Origin: an uncultured delta proteobacterium
GTDB lineage: Bacteria > Desulfobacterota > Binatia > JACPRU01
Assembly: GCA_963745025.1 (NCBI GenBank)
Contig: CAVUWD010000002.1
Coordinates: forward strand, 11,522 to 35,521
Length of the DNA stretch: 24,000 bases
Direction: 5' to 3'
Positions 1 through 11,156 of this stretch are shown in pieces; within the stretch, counting starts at the first letter, position 1; each line of letters begins with the position of its first letter. Below the pieces are notes generated by a model. That model ran no database searches, was not told the DNA's origin, and saw nothing but the letters and a program-made list of their open reading frames with translations. Made by a program: the position numbers and the translations under genes.

Positions 1-794
1 TCGATGACGTCGAGCAGCGTCGCGCTTCGGCCGCACGCGACGTTGAAGACCTCGCCCGAGACCCGCTTCTTCGGCGCCGCGGCGGCGAGCAGGTTCGCCC
101 GCACGGCGTTGTCGACGTAGGTGAAATCGCGCGATTGCCGGCCGTCCCCGAAGACGACGGGCCGCTCGCCGCGGAGCACGGCGGTGATGAATTTGGGAAT
201 CGCCGCGCCGTAGGGCGAGAAGGGATTCTGCCGGGGTCCGAAGATGTTGAAGTAGCGCAAGCACACGGTCTCGACGCCATAGACGTCGTGGAAGACCCGC
301 GTGTAGTACTCGCCGGCGAGCTTCGAGACCGCGTACGGGGAAAGCGGATGGGGCGGCATCGTTTCGCGCTTGACGAGCGCGCGCTCGCGCGACGATCGTC
401 CGGTGGAGAACCGATCGCCGTAGGCGCTCGACGAGGCCGCGTAGACGATCCGTCGCACCCCGGCGGCGCGCGCCGCGCAGAGCAACTCGATCGTCGCGGT
501 GACGTTGGCGGTGTTCGAGGTGATCGGGAACTCGACGGAGCGCGCCACCGAGGGCAGGGCGGCGAGGTGGAACGCGATCTCGACGCCGGCGCATGCTCGC
601 CGCGCGGCATCGGCGTCGTTCAAGTCCGCTTCGATGAGATCGAGGTCGCCGTCGAGCCCCTTGAGATGCTCGAGGTTTTGCCGTGTGCCGGTCGAGAGAT
701 TGTCGACCACGCGCACCTTTCGGCCGCGCTTGAGCAGCGCCTCCGCGAGATGGCTGCCGATGAATCCCGCTCCGCCCGTGACGAGGTAGGTCAT
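1..794 (-). CDS. NAD-dependent epimerase/dehydratase (extended SDR, UDP-sugar 4-epimerase-like); C-terminal end cut by window edge
   Basis: Not in the ORF track because it runs off the window. Reverse translation from ATG (794-792) reads MTYLVTGGAGFIGSHLAEALLKRGRKVRVVDNLSTG..HLAALPSVARS..YAASSSAYGD..PLSPYAVSKLAGEYY..LRYFNIFGPRQ..GDGRQSRDFTYVDN. It shows the Rossmann GxxGxxG, the YxxxK catalytic pair and the epimerase C-terminal motifs. The + strand ORF 135..1439 is its antisense shadow. Confidence 0.85.
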   Translation of the reverse strand, partial: MTYLVTGGAGFIGSHLAEALLKRGRKVRVVDNLSTGTRQNLEHLKGLDGDLDLIEADLNDADAARRACAGVEIAFHLAALPSVARSVEFPITSNTANVTATIELLCAARAAGVRRIVYAASSSAYGDRFSTGRSSRERALVKRETMPPHPLSPYAVSKLAGEYYTRVFHDVYGVETVCLRYFNIFGPRQNPFSPYGAAIPKFITAVLRGERPVVFGDGRQSRDFTYVDNAVRANLLAAAAPKKRVSGEVFNVACGRSATLLDVI

Positions 795-918
795 CTGGAT
801 CTCTGTTGCGGACGTGCTCTGATATCGCGCGTGCCGTGTCAACCGCAACGCTGGAGAGGGCTCGGGCTTCGTGGAAGAGTGGGCGCGCCGGAGAACCGGA
901 GGAGAGGAGGAAACCGTG

Positions 919-1398
919 ATGCAACTTCAGGGCTCATGCCAGTGCGGCAAGGTCCGCTTCCGCGTCGAGTCGGAGACTCCGTATCCGTTCATGTACTGCT
1001 ACTGCTCGATCTGTCGGAAGACGACCGGAGGTGCGTTCGGCTGCAACATCATGGGTCGGCGCGACACGCTGCGTGTCAGCGGCAAGAAGCACCTGCGCCG
1101 CTATCACGCGGTGATCCGCAATCCCGGGAAGCGGCCGGTGCGCAGCGAGGGGGAGCGCTGGTTTTGCAAGGAGTGCGGCACGCACCTCTACGTTCTCGAC
1201 GATCGCTGGCCCGATGGCGTCTGGCCGAACGCCGGAGTGATCGACACGCCGCTGCCGGTTCCGCCCGAGTACGTGCATCTGCTGCTGCGCTACAAGCCGA
1301 AGTGGGTGCAGGTTTCGGGACGCGGTCCCCGCTACCGGGAATTTCCCAAGGAGTCGATCGCCGGTTGGCACGAGAAGCGCGGGTTGCTCCGGCGGTGA
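919..1398 (+). CDS. GFA / CENP-V domain zinc-binding protein (DUF636 family)
   Basis: Lies within ORF 871..1398. ATG 919 is preceded by GGAGGAGAGGAGGAA. The product MQLQGSCQCGKVRFRV..YCYCSICRKTTG..FCKECGTHL has the Cys pattern of the GFA family. Confidence 0.8.
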   Translation: MQLQGSCQCGKVRFRVESETPYPFMYCYCSICRKTTGGAFGCNIMGRRDTLRVSGKKHLRRYHAVIRNPGKRPVRSEGERWFCKECGTHLYVLDDRWPDGVWPNAGVIDTPLPVPPEYVHLLLRYKPKWVQVSGRGPRYREFPKESIAGWHEKRGLLRR

Positions 1399-1483
1399 CC
1401 GGCAGGCGAACCGCGGCCGTCAAAGAAGCCCGCGCTTGATCGACCGCGGCGGAAGTGGCAACTGGCGCGACGAGGAATCGACG

Positions 1484-2332
1484 ATGGACATCCGGACGAT
1501 CGGCATCATCGGCGCGGGCCAGATGGGTGGAGGCATCGCTCAGGTCGGAGCGCAGGCGGGTTTCGCCGTGATCCTCTACGACGTCGCGCCGAAGATGTTC
1601 GACCGCGCGCTCGGCGCCATGGAGAAGAGCCTGATCCGCTTGAAAGAGAGGGGCAAGCTCGGTGCCGAGCCTTCCGAACTGATCGGCCGCATCCGCACGA
1701 CGAGCCGCCTCGAAGACCTCGCCGGCGCGGACTTGGTGATCGAAGCAGCCCCCGAGGACTTCGCGATCAAGAAGGACATCTTCCAGCGGCTCGATCGCAT
1801 CTGCCGACCGGAGGCGATTCTCGCCAGCAACACGTCGTCGATCTCACTGACCGAGCTCGGTGCCACTACCGAGCGGCCGGCGCAGGTCATCGGCATGCAT
1901 TTCATGAATCCGCCGGCGGTGCTCCAGCTCGTCGAGATCGTGCGCGGTCTCGTCACCTCGGACAAGACCTGCGAGACCGTGCGGGCGCTCGCCGAGCGGA
2001 TGGGAAAGGTGACGATCCTCGCCAAGGACTACGCGGGCTTCATCGTCAACCGGATCCTCCTACCGATGATCAACGAGGCGATCTATGCCGTGTATGAAGG
2101 TGTCGGGTCCGTCGAGGACATCGACAGCGGCATGAAGCTCGGCACAAACCAACCGATGGGTCCGCTGGCGCTCGCGGACCTGATCGGCCTCGATACCTGC
2201 CTCGCGATTCTCGAGCGGCTGCACACGAGCCTCGGCGAGGACAAGTACCGGCCGTGCCCGTTGCTGCGGAACTACGTGGCCGCGGGCTACCTCGGCCGCA
2301 AGGCGGGTAAAGGCTTTTACGCTTACGGGTGA
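1484..2332 (+). CDS. hbd: 3-hydroxybutyryl-CoA / 3-hydroxyacyl-CoA dehydrogenase
   Basis: Lies within ORF 1436..2332. ATG 1484 gives MDIRTIGIIGAGQMGGGIAQ (NAD-binding GxGxxG). SNTSS, MHFMNPP, FIVNRIL, LADLIGLD and GRKAGKGFY follow, a textbook HBD-family sequence. Confidence 0.9.
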   Translation: MDIRTIGIIGAGQMGGGIAQVGAQAGFAVILYDVAPKMFDRALGAMEKSLIRLKERGKLGAEPSELIGRIRTTSRLEDLAGADLVIEAAPEDFAIKKDIFQRLDRICRPEAILASNTSSISLTELGATTERPAQVIGMHFMNPPAVLQLVEIVRGLVTSDKTCETVRALAERMGKVTILAKDYAGFIVNRILLPMINEAIYAVYEGVGSVEDIDSGMKLGTNQPMGPLALADLIGLDTCLAILERLHTSLGEDKYRPCPLLRNYVAAGYLGRKAGKGFYAYG

Positions 2333-2337
2333 CACGT

Positions 2338-2967
2338 TTAGTGGTGGTGAGAGCGCTCCTGTGAGTGCGAATCCGGCGAAGCCTTGCCGCCCTCGAGAAA
2401 CTCCCGCTCGCCACGCTCCTCCTCCGCTTCCTGCGGGCTCTTGGGATTCAAGCGCTCCATCTCGTCGAGCTCCGCGCGGTCGATCTTCGGTAGATGGCGA
2501 ATGAAGTGCACGAGCTCCCAGTTGTCGTCTTCGTCGAGCGACTCTCCGTCTGATTTCTCGGGGTCGCTTCCCCATGCCGGCATTCCGGTGAAGCGCACGC
2601 CATTCTGGATGATGTAGAAGAGCTCGCCGTCGGAGAGCGACTGCGTTGCTTCCTTCCGCATGTCGGGCGGCTTCGGGTAGAGGCCGTGGCCGATCTCGCA
2701 ATCGCCGCTTCCGTCGTTGGCGTGGCAGATCGCACAGTGGTCGGCGAAGTGGTCGCGGCCTTCGTTGACGACGTCGGGAGAAGACGGCAGCGGATTGCGT
2801 CGGTCGCGCGCCGAGGCGGGAATCGCCAGGCGGCGAAGACGCGGAGCGACGTAGCGTTCGATGACGTTCGGCTCGCGCCGGGCGCTCAACCCGGCCCGGA
2901 GCGTCCAGACGACCGTTCCTGCCGCAGCGATCAGCAACAAGAGGAGCGCAATCACGAGATTTTTCAC
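2338..2967 (-). CDS. membrane-anchored monohaem c-type cytochrome
   Basis: Lies within ORF 2338..3276. GTG at 2967 is preceded by AAGGAGGAA. It has an N-terminal helix NLVIALLLLLIAAAGTVVW, a single CAICH haem motif and a GMPAWG distal Met region. The tail is acidic and ends SHHH. Confidence 0.8.
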   Translation of the reverse strand: MKNLVIALLLLLIAAAGTVVWTLRAGLSARREPNVIERYVAPRLRRLAIPASARDRRNPLPSSPDVVNEGRDHFADHCAICHANDGSGDCEIGHGLYPKPPDMRKEATQSLSDGELFYIIQNGVRFTGMPAWGSDPEKSDGESLDEDDNWELVHFIRHLPKIDRAELDEMERLNPKSPQEAEEERGEREFLEGGKASPDSHSQERSHHH

Positions 2968-3159
2968 GGTTTCCTCCTTTGCCGGCGATCGCAGGCCCGC
3001 CCTTCGCAAACCCCCTGGCCAGGCAAAGTGTTCGGCGCACGGGCAGCAGATGGCTTTTCCCACACGAATCGGTCGGGTAGAAGCGATCGGCCCGATCGGG
3101 CGATTCGCTTGGACGAGACCGTGAATCACGGATTCGCAGCAAGCTAGGACGACGAACGG

Positions 3160-4840
<1,681 letters not shown>

Positions 4841-4916
4841 TCCAGCTCAACGAAGCGGAGCTCACCACTCTCCGCCGCTTGCTTCTCAAGACTGGCGCGG
4901 CGATGTAGTCGGACCT

Positions 4917-5756
4917 GTGAACGAGTTCCCGGCGTTCTTCGTTTCCCACGGCGCGCCGACGATGGCGATCGAGGCGAGCGCGGCGAGAGACTTTCTTGCA
5001 GCCCTCGGGCGCAAGGTCGAGTCGAGGATCGGGCGTCCAACGGCGGTCCTCGTCTTTTCGGCGCATTGGGAGACCGCGATTCCGACGGTCGGGATGGCTC
5101 CCGAGCCGCCGACGATTCACGACTTCAGCGGGTTTCCGGACGAGCTCTATCGACTCCGCTATCCGGCGCGGGGGGCGATCGAGGCGGCGCGCGAGGCGAT
5201 GAAGCTCCTGGCCGATGCCGGAATTCCTGTCCTGAGCGATGCGAGCCGCGGGCTCGACCACGGGGCGTGGGTGCCGCTTCGCCTGATGATTCCGGACGCC
5301 GGCGTGCCGGTCTCGCAGGTCTCGCTGCAGCGCGAGCTCGGGCCCCGGCATGCGTACCGCGTTGGGGAAGCGGTTCGGCCGCTCCGCGAGCGCGGCGTGC
5401 TGATCGTCGGCTCGGGCTCGATCACGCACAATTTGCGCGAGCTCTCGGCACGGCCGGTCCACGAGGCCCCGCACGTGACCAAGTTCGTGGAATGGATCAA
5501 CGAGCAGGCCGAGAGCGGAGATACCGAAGCACTGCTCGACTACCGCCGACGCGCTCCCCATGCGGTGCGAAACCATCCCACGGAGGAGCATCTTCTCCCG
5601 TTCTTCACGATGTTGGGCGCCGCCGCACCGGGCGGGCGCGTGCGCCGCATCCATCGCAGCACGACGTTCGGCTCGCTTCGAATGGACGCCTACGAAGCGA
5701 CCGGAGCCACGGCGCCTAGGCGCCGCCGGATCAGCCGAAGCGCAACACGTTCTTGA
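4917..5756 (+). CDS. ygiD: class III extradiol dioxygenase, 4,5-DOPA dioxygenase (YgiD/LigB) family
   Basis: ORF 4917..5756 (GTG start). FFVSHGAPT, VLVFSAHWET, IHDFSGFP, GLDHGAWVPL, IVGSGSITHNL and HPTEEHLLPF are the conserved metal and substrate motifs of the family. Confidence 0.85.
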   Translation: MNEFPAFFVSHGAPTMAIEASAARDFLAALGRKVESRIGRPTAVLVFSAHWETAIPTVGMAPEPPTIHDFSGFPDELYRLRYPARGAIEAAREAMKLLADAGIPVLSDASRGLDHGAWVPLRLMIPDAGVPVSQVSLQRELGPRHAYRVGEAVRPLRERGVLIVGSGSITHNLRELSARPVHEAPHVTKFVEWINEQAESGDTEALLDYRRRAPHAVRNHPTEEHLLPFFTMLGAAAPGGRVRRIHRSTTFGSLRMDAYEATGATAPRRRRISRSATRS

Positions 5757-5934
5757 TCCCGGTCGCGGCGCCGAGCAGCAGATCGCGGTGCGTCGAGGCG
5801 GGGAACTGTCCGGTGATGAGCGAGCGAACCGCGCCGGGCCGGCGCTGCATGAAGCGGCCGAGGTCACGGATGGCCGCCTCGCAGGTCTCTCGGCCGGCGT
5901 TGACGGTACCGAACACGACCTGAATCTCGAGCAC
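5731..5934 (-). CDS. hypothetical small protein (67 aa), weak call
   Basis: ORF-track entry only. It has a GTG start, no clear SD and no recognisable motif, and it overlaps the ygiD 3' end by 26 nt. Its composition is less Arg/Pro-skewed than the shadow ORFs around it. Confidence 0.25.
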   Translation of the reverse strand: MLEIQVVFGTVNAGRETCEAAIRDLGRFMQRRPGAVRSLITGQFPASTHRDLLLGAATGIKNVLRFG

Positions 5935-6078
5935 GAGACTTCGCAGGATGAGATGGATGAAATCGGGTATCGACCTCGCGGAGTTTCGCCGGCCGCATTG
6001 ACGCTCGTTCGCCGCCCTCCATACTATGCCGCGTCAGCTCGGCGCGTCTTCGCCCTTCATCGATCTCCGGGAGGAGCC

Positions 6079-6465
6079 ATGGACAAGAAATTGCGCGACA
6101 AAGGTCTCAACGTACGGAAGGACGTGCTCGGCGCGGAGCACGTCGAGCGCTCGTTCAAGACCGCCGACGAGTTCAGCCTCCCGTTCCAAGAGCTCGTCAC
6201 CGAGTACTGCTGGGGCGCAGTCTGGACGCGGGAGGGTCTGTCGCGGAAGTCGCGCAGCATCCTGAACCTCGGCATGCTTTCGGCCCTCAACCGCAGCCAC
6301 GAGCTGAAGCTGCACATCCGCGGCGCGCTCAACAACGGTCTCACGCGCGAGGAGATCCGCGAGGTGTTCATGCAAGTGGCGATCTACTGCGGCGTGCCGG
6401 CGGCGGTCGAATCGTTCCGCTGCGCGCGCGAGGTCTTCGCCGAGATCGACGGCAACAATCCGTAA
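6079..6465 (+). CDS. pcaC: 4-carboxymuconolactone decarboxylase family protein
   Basis: ATG 6079 within ORF 5560..6465 is preceded by GGGAGGAG. The product has VRKDVLGAEHVERS, FQELVTEYCWGAVWTREGLSRKSRS, LNRSHELKLHIRGALNNGLTREEIREV and AIYCGVPAA, which match the PcaC/CMD domain. Confidence 0.75.
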   Translation: MDKKLRDKGLNVRKDVLGAEHVERSFKTADEFSLPFQELVTEYCWGAVWTREGLSRKSRSILNLGMLSALNRSHELKLHIRGALNNGLTREEIREVFMQVAIYCGVPAAVESFRCAREVFAEIDGNNP

Positions 6466-6483
6466 CCGCGCGGAGGAGCGTTC

Positions 6484-7380
6484 ATGGCCAAGCACGTCGG
6501 TTTCATCGGCCTCGGCAACATGGGCCGGCCGATGGCGTCGCGCCTCGCCGACGCCGGGTACTCGCTCACCGTGTGCGACCTCCGCCCGGAATCCGTCGCG
6601 GCTCTCACGGCGAGGGGCGCGCGTGCGGCAGCGTCGCCCGCCGCGGTCGCGTCCGCGGTCGACACGGTTCTGCTCAGCCTGCCCGACCCTGCCACCGTCC
6701 GCGAGGTGGCGCTGGATGCGAACGGCATCATCGCGGGTTCGAAGGTCAAGACGGTGGTCGACCTGTCGACGACCGGCGCGAGGGTGGCGCAGGAGATCGC
6801 CGTCGCGCTCGCGGCCAAGGGCATCGCCGCCGTCGATTCTCCGGTGAGCGGTGGCGTTGCGGGCGCGATCCAGGGGACGCTCGCCGTCATGGTCGCGTGC
6901 CCGCGGGCGATGTTCGGCGGCCTCGAGCCGATGCTGAAGACGATCGGCAGGGTCTTCTTCGTCGGCGAGCGGCCCGGCATGGGTCAGACCATGAAGCTCG
7001 CGAACAACCTGCTCTCGGCGACCGCGCTGGCGGCGACCTCGGAGGCGATCGTGCTCGGCGTCAAGTCTGGGCTCGACGCCGCGACCATGATCGACGTGAT
7101 CAACGCCGGCAGCGGCCGCAACAGCGCGTCGCAGGACAAATTTCCGAAGGCGATCCTGCCGCGGACGTTCGACTTCGGCTTCACCACCGGCCTGATGTAC
7201 AAGGACCTCAAGCTCTGCCTCGAGGAGGCGGACGCCGCGGGCGTGCCGATGTCGGTGGCGAAGGCGGTCGCCGAGCTCTGGCACCGGACACTCGTGGAGA
7301 TCGGGGCGGGCCAGGACTTCACGACGATCGTGCAGCTCGTCGAGCGGTCGGCGGGCGTCGAGGTCAAGGGCGGGCGCTGA
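6484..7380 (+). CDS. NAD(P)-dependent beta-hydroxyacid dehydrogenase (3-hydroxyisobutyrate dehydrogenase / tartronate semialdehyde reductase family)
   Basis: ORF 6484..7380. It has VGFIGLGNMGRPMA (Rossmann), DSPVSGG and GQTMKLANN, the family signature. Confidence 0.85.
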   Translation: MAKHVGFIGLGNMGRPMASRLADAGYSLTVCDLRPESVAALTARGARAAASPAAVASAVDTVLLSLPDPATVREVALDANGIIAGSKVKTVVDLSTTGARVAQEIAVALAAKGIAAVDSPVSGGVAGAIQGTLAVMVACPRAMFGGLEPMLKTIGRVFFVGERPGMGQTMKLANNLLSATALAATSEAIVLGVKSGLDAATMIDVINAGSGRNSASQDKFPKAILPRTFDFGFTTGLMYKDLKLCLEEADAAGVPMSVAKAVAELWHRTLVEIGAGQDFTTIVQLVERSAGVEVKGGR

Positions 7381-7397
7381 CACAGCGGAGACGAGCG

Positions 7398-8201
7398 ATG
7401 GCGGAGCTCGAGCCTTACGAGATTTACGCGATCAAGTACGCCGACCACCAGCGGCTCGCAAGCGAGAACTTCATCGGCGGCGACCCGCACGACGGCCCGA
7501 TGCCGCTCGACTACTTCGTGTGGGCGATCAAGGGCGCGGCGCGGACGTGGATCGTCGACACCGGCTTCGATGCCGCGATCGGGCAGCAGCGCCAGCGCAA
7601 CGTGGTCCGCTCGCCGGCGGAGGGACTGAAGGCGCTCGACATCGAGCCCGACGAGATCGAGGACGTCATCATCACCCACATGCACTATGACCACTGCGGC
7701 AACCACGACCTGTTCGCGCGCGCGCGCTTTCACGTGCAGGACAAGGAGATGCGTTACGCGACCGGACGCTCGATGTGCCATCCGGCGCTGCGCCACGCGT
7801 TCGACGTGGACGACGTCGTGACGATGGTCCGCCGGGCCTACGGCGGCAGAGTCGCCTTTCACGACGGCGACGAGGGTCTCGCCCCCGGAATCAGCGTGCA
7901 CTTCGTCGGCGGCCACACGATGGGCCTGCAGATGGTCCGGGTTTGGACGAAGCGCGGCTGGGTCGTCCTCGCCTCCGATGCGAGCCACCTCTACGCCAAC
8001 ATGGAGCAGGAACGGCCGTTCCCGATCGTCTACAACGTCGCCGACATGCTGGCCGGCCACAAGCGAGCGTACGCGCTGGCCGCTTCGCGGCGCCACGTGA
8101 TCCCCGGCCATGATCCGCTCGTGCTGAAGCGCTATCCCGCGCCGAGCCGCGCGCTCGAGGGAATCGTCGCGCGGCTCGACGTCGATCCGGTCCGGGACTA
8201 A
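7398..8201 (+). CDS. MBL-fold metallo-hydrolase, N-acyl homoserine lactonase-like
   Basis: ATG 7398 lies inside ORF 6573..8201, whose upstream part is a shadow of the previous gene. It has the HxHxDH motif ITHMHYDHCGN, later GGHTMG and a terminal IPGHD. Confidence 0.8.
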   Translation: MAELEPYEIYAIKYADHQRLASENFIGGDPHDGPMPLDYFVWAIKGAARTWIVDTGFDAAIGQQRQRNVVRSPAEGLKALDIEPDEIEDVIITHMHYDHCGNHDLFARARFHVQDKEMRYATGRSMCHPALRHAFDVDDVVTMVRRAYGGRVAFHDGDEGLAPGISVHFVGGHTMGLQMVRVWTKRGWVVLASDASHLYANMEQERPFPIVYNVADMLAGHKRAYALAASRRHVIPGHDPLVLKRYPAPSRALEGIVARLDVDPVRD

Positions 8202-8225
8202 GGGATTCGCAGCCGCGCGTGCCGG

Positions 8226-9320
8226 TCACGCGGAGAGTGGAATTCCCGTCCTGCGGCTGATGTCGAGCAGCTCTTCTACGACCGGGCGCAGGACCGGAAT
8301 TCCACTCGTCGCGCGCTCTCGCTCGGCTTGACGCTCCGGATCGCCGGGGATGAGGACGCCCGGCGTGCCGGGGATCGGCTTCGTCTTGCGAAAGGTGCGA
8401 ATCCAGTCGTCGATCTGGCGCTTGAATTCCCGGGGATCGAGGAACGCGTCGATCCGGAGCGCGCCGAAGAAGTGGCCGATTCCCTTTCCCACGCTTCGCG
8501 CCGGAATCTCTTGGCGAAGCGCGAAGGGAGGCGCGAAGGGCCCCCAGTTCGCGCCCGAGAGAACGCAACACAAGACATCGACCATGGCGGCGAGGCAGTA
8601 GCCTTTGTGCCCGCCCGTGTCACGGAAGCCTCCCAGGGGGAGCATCGCGCCCCCGTCCATCATCACGCTCGGATCTTCCGTGTCGCGCCCGTCGCGGTCG
8701 ATCGCCCAGCCGCGCGGGATCGTCTCGCCGCGGCGCTTTCCGATCTCGATCTTTCCATACGCGCAGGCGCTGGTGGCGAGATCGATCACGATCGGCGGCT
8801 CCTCGAGGCCGGGGAACGCGATGGCGATCGGATTGGTTCCCAACATTCGCTCGGCTCCCCAGAGTGGCGCCACGAGCTTCGTGGAATTGGTCATCGCCCA
8901 GCCGATGAGATCGCGCTCGAGCGCCTTCAAGACGTAGTACCCCGCGATCCCGTAGTGGTTGCTGTTGGAAACGCTGACCCAGCCCGATCCCGCCTCGGCC
9001 GCCTTGGCCATCGCGATCTCGTTGGCCTTGGGTCCGACGACGAGCCCGAGGCCGTTGTCGCCGTCGACCGTCGCCGTGCTCGGCGATTCTCTGACGATGC
9101 GGATCGTCGGCTTGGGATTGATGCGGCCGAGCGTGAGCATGTCGAAATAGGTATGCAGCCGCGCGACCCCATGGGAATCGATCCCACGCAAGTCGGCCGT
9201 CGCCAGAACCTCGGACGCGAGCGTCGCATCCGCTTGGGGGACTCCGAAATGGAGGAACACCTGCGCGCAGAAATCGCGCAGCGCCTCGACCGGGAACCGC
9301 TGGCTCTCGCTGCCGCTCAT
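8226..9320 (-). CDS. Ldh2-family malate/L-lactate/sulfolactate-type NAD(P)H oxidoreductase
   Basis: ORF 8226..9320. [35 protein letters not shown] and GGHKGY are typical of the Ldh_2 family. Its start ATG overlaps the lhgO stop (ATGA at 9317-9320). Confidence 0.85.
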   Translation of the reverse strand: MSGSESQRFPVEALRDFCAQVFLHFGVPQADATLASEVLATADLRGIDSHGVARLHTYFDMLTLGRINPKPTIRIVRESPSTATVDGDNGLGLVVGPKANEIAMAKAAEAGSGWVSVSNSNHYGIAGYYVLKALERDLIGWAMTNSTKLVAPLWGAERMLGTNPIAIAFPGLEEPPIVIDLATSACAYGKIEIGKRRGETIPRGWAIDRDGRDTEDPSVMMDGGAMLPLGGFRDTGGHKGYCLAAMVDVLCCVLSGANWGPFAPPFALRQEIPARSVGKGIGHFFGALRIDAFLDPREFKRQIDDWIRTFRKTKPIPGTPGVLIPGDPERQAERERATSGIPVLRPVVEELLDISRRTGIPLSA

Positions 9321-10546
9321 CGCAGCCTCGCCATCACTTTTTCGGCCACCAGCCTGCCGATCTCGAGGGACGCCGTGGCCGCCGGTGACGGCGCATTGTT
9401 GACGTGCACCGCCCGATCATCCTCGACGATGAGGAAATCGTCCACCATCGACCCGTCCGGCGCCACCGCCTGCGCGCGCACCCCGGCGGGGGCCGGCAGC
9501 AGATCCCGCTCCTCGACCTCGGGCAGCAGCCGCCGGAGCGCGCGCGTGAACGCTCGCTTGCTGAGCGATCGCCACATTTCGCCGGCGCCCGTCCGCCAGT
9601 GCTTTCGCGCGAGCCGCAGGAACCCGCCGTAGGTGAGTGTTTCCCACAGATCGCGGAGGTTCACCGATCCCTTGGTATAGCCCTCGCGGGCGAACGCGAG
9701 AACAGCGTTCGGCCCGCACTCGACCCCGCCGCCGATGCGCCGTGTGAAGTGCACGCCAAGAAACGGGAACGCGGGATCGGGGACGGGATAGATGAGATTG
9801 CGGCAAAGGTGGCGCTTCTCCGGCACGAGCTCGAAGTACTCGCCGCGAAAGGGGACGATCCGCGCCGCAGGCCGTCTGCCGGCGAGCCGCGTCACCCGGT
9901 CGCTCTGAAGCCCCGCGCAGTTCACCACGATTCGCGCGTCGTACTCCGCTGCGGGCGTCGATACCATCGTTCGGTTCCCGACCATGGAGAACGCGGCGGC
10001 GCGCGCGCCGGTCACCACGTTCCCGCCGCCCTCGGCGATCCGCTCGGCGAGCCGTTCGCACACCCGCCGGTAGTCCACGATACCCGTCTCGGGGACGTGG
10101 AGCGCTTCGATCCCCGCCGCGTGGGGCTCGAGCTCTCGAAGGCGTTCCCGCGAGATCCGCTCGCACCGCACCCCGTTCGCCATGCCGCGCGCGAGCAACG
10201 CATCGAGCCGCGGCTGCTCCGCCTCGTCCAATGCCACGATCACTTTGCCACAGATCTCGTAGGGGATTCCCTCCTCGGCGCAAAAGCGCTCCATCGCCGA
10301 CTTTCCCACCCGGCAGTTCGCGGCCTTCAGCGATCCCGGCTTGTAGTAGATTCCGGAGTGGAGAACGCCGGAGTTGCGCCCCGTCTGGTGGCGCGCGATC
10401 GCCGGTTCTTTCTCGAGGACCACGATCGAGGTGCCCGGCCGGCGCGACAAGAGGCAGTGAGACGTCGCCAGGCCGAGGATTCCGCCACCGACGACGAGCA
10501 CGTCGATTTGCGCCGCCACCCCGTCAGTGTAGCAATCCCGCGCCAC
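9317..10546 (-). CDS. lhgO: L-2-hydroxyglutarate oxidase/dehydrogenase (FAD-dependent)
   Basis: ORF 9317..10546. It has [14 protein letters not shown] (FAD GxGxxG), [31 protein letters not shown] and SPAATASL, colinear with LhgO. Confidence 0.85.
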   Translation of the reverse strand: MARDCYTDGVAAQIDVLVVGGGILGLATSHCLLSRRPGTSIVVLEKEPAIARHQTGRNSGVLHSGIYYKPGSLKAANCRVGKSAMERFCAEEGIPYEICGKVIVALDEAEQPRLDALLARGMANGVRCERISRERLRELEPHAAGIEALHVPETGIVDYRRVCERLAERIAEGGGNVVTGARAAAFSMVGNRTMVSTPAAEYDARIVVNCAGLQSDRVTRLAGRRPAARIVPFRGEYFELVPEKRHLCRNLIYPVPDPAFPFLGVHFTRRIGGGVECGPNAVLAFAREGYTKGSVNLRDLWETLTYGGFLRLARKHWRTGAGEMWRSLSKRAFTRALRRLLPEVEERDLLPAPAGVRAQAVAPDGSMVDDFLIVEDDRAVHVNNAPSPAATASLEIGRLVAEKVMARLR

Positions 10547-10614
10547 CGCCTTCCAGGTTGCCAGCGGAGTGCCATGGTTGCGCGGACGCGCCGTGTAGGC
10601 CAGAATTCAGCACG

Positions 10615-10850
10615 TCATTCAGCCCTGCTACCCGCGAGGTGATCCATGAACCAGCGAGCGAACGTCAAGCCGATCACGTACCTAAAGAATCGCACTTGGG
10701 AGACGGTTCGGCCGGCGTCGACGTCCGCCTCGGCGTGGGCCAGCATCTTGAGCAGCGCCGTCGTCCTTTGCCACTGGTCGTAGATCTCGACGTCCATGAC
10801 CACGACCTTGGCCTCGCCATTCTGCGTAATGGTCAGGGTCTGGCCTTCCT
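10615..10850 (-). pseudogene. Phd/YefM-type antitoxin remnant (N-terminus missing or frame-disrupted, no cognate toxin)
   Basis: Reverse-frame reading gives ADTAEEGQTLTITQNGEAKVVVMDVEIYDQWQRTTALLKMLAHAEADVDAGRTVSQ. This matches the ITxxG-x-x-VL..Y..L.ET..LL....A..D..AGR core of Phd/YefM antitoxins. An in-frame TGA sits directly upstream, and the only in-frame starts are the internal GTG/ATG at ~10803. lhgO follows, not a toxin gene. Confidence 0.4.
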
Positions 10851-11128
10851 CGGCCGTATCGGCTCATATATCGAGTCTCGGGGCACGCGGTCGTGGTGCC
10901 GGCGGTCTTCGATAGGCGCCGAGATCTCCAGGAAGTCCTGCTGGAGCGACTGGTGCGGCAGGGATGACCAGAACGGCCGCGGGTGAGCCGTACTGTCGCT
11001 GCAATTCTACAGAAGGCTTTTGCCTCCTTCAAATCTGCCGTGTCGAATCCCAACAGGGACGCCGGGCCTCAGGTCGACAGGGTCACTTTTCCAACCCCGC
11101 CTTCTTCAGCAGCGCGCTCCCTCGTTTT

Positions 11129-11143
11129 CCGCGCTCTGCGCGG
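11129..11143. repeat. small GC palindrome CCGCGCTNNGCGCGG, third copy of a motif also found at 17425-17439 and 20889-20903
   Basis: cgttttCCGCGCtctGCGCGGtt at 11123-11145 is nearly identical to tcgttttCCGCGCtgcGCGCGGtt at 20883-20905 and related to ccttCCGCGCtccGCGCGGtg at 17421-17441. All three copies are intergenic. Confidence 0.6.
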
Positions 11144-11156
11144 TTCGGGATACGCT

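Noticed and set aside
919-1398. GFA-domain protein as a formaldehyde-activating enzyme linked to the monooxygenase
   Set aside because: The sequence matches only the generic GFA/CENP-V zinc-Cys scaffold, not the longer bona fide Gfa pattern as I recall it. It lies 13 kb away in an unrelated gene context.
135-1439. Long + strand ORF (434 aa) covering the first 1.4 kb
   Set aside because: It is Arg/Gly/Ala/Pro-rich with no motifs. It is antisense to a well-supported epimerase gene and off-frame over the GFA gene, which makes it a typical GC-rich shadow ORF.
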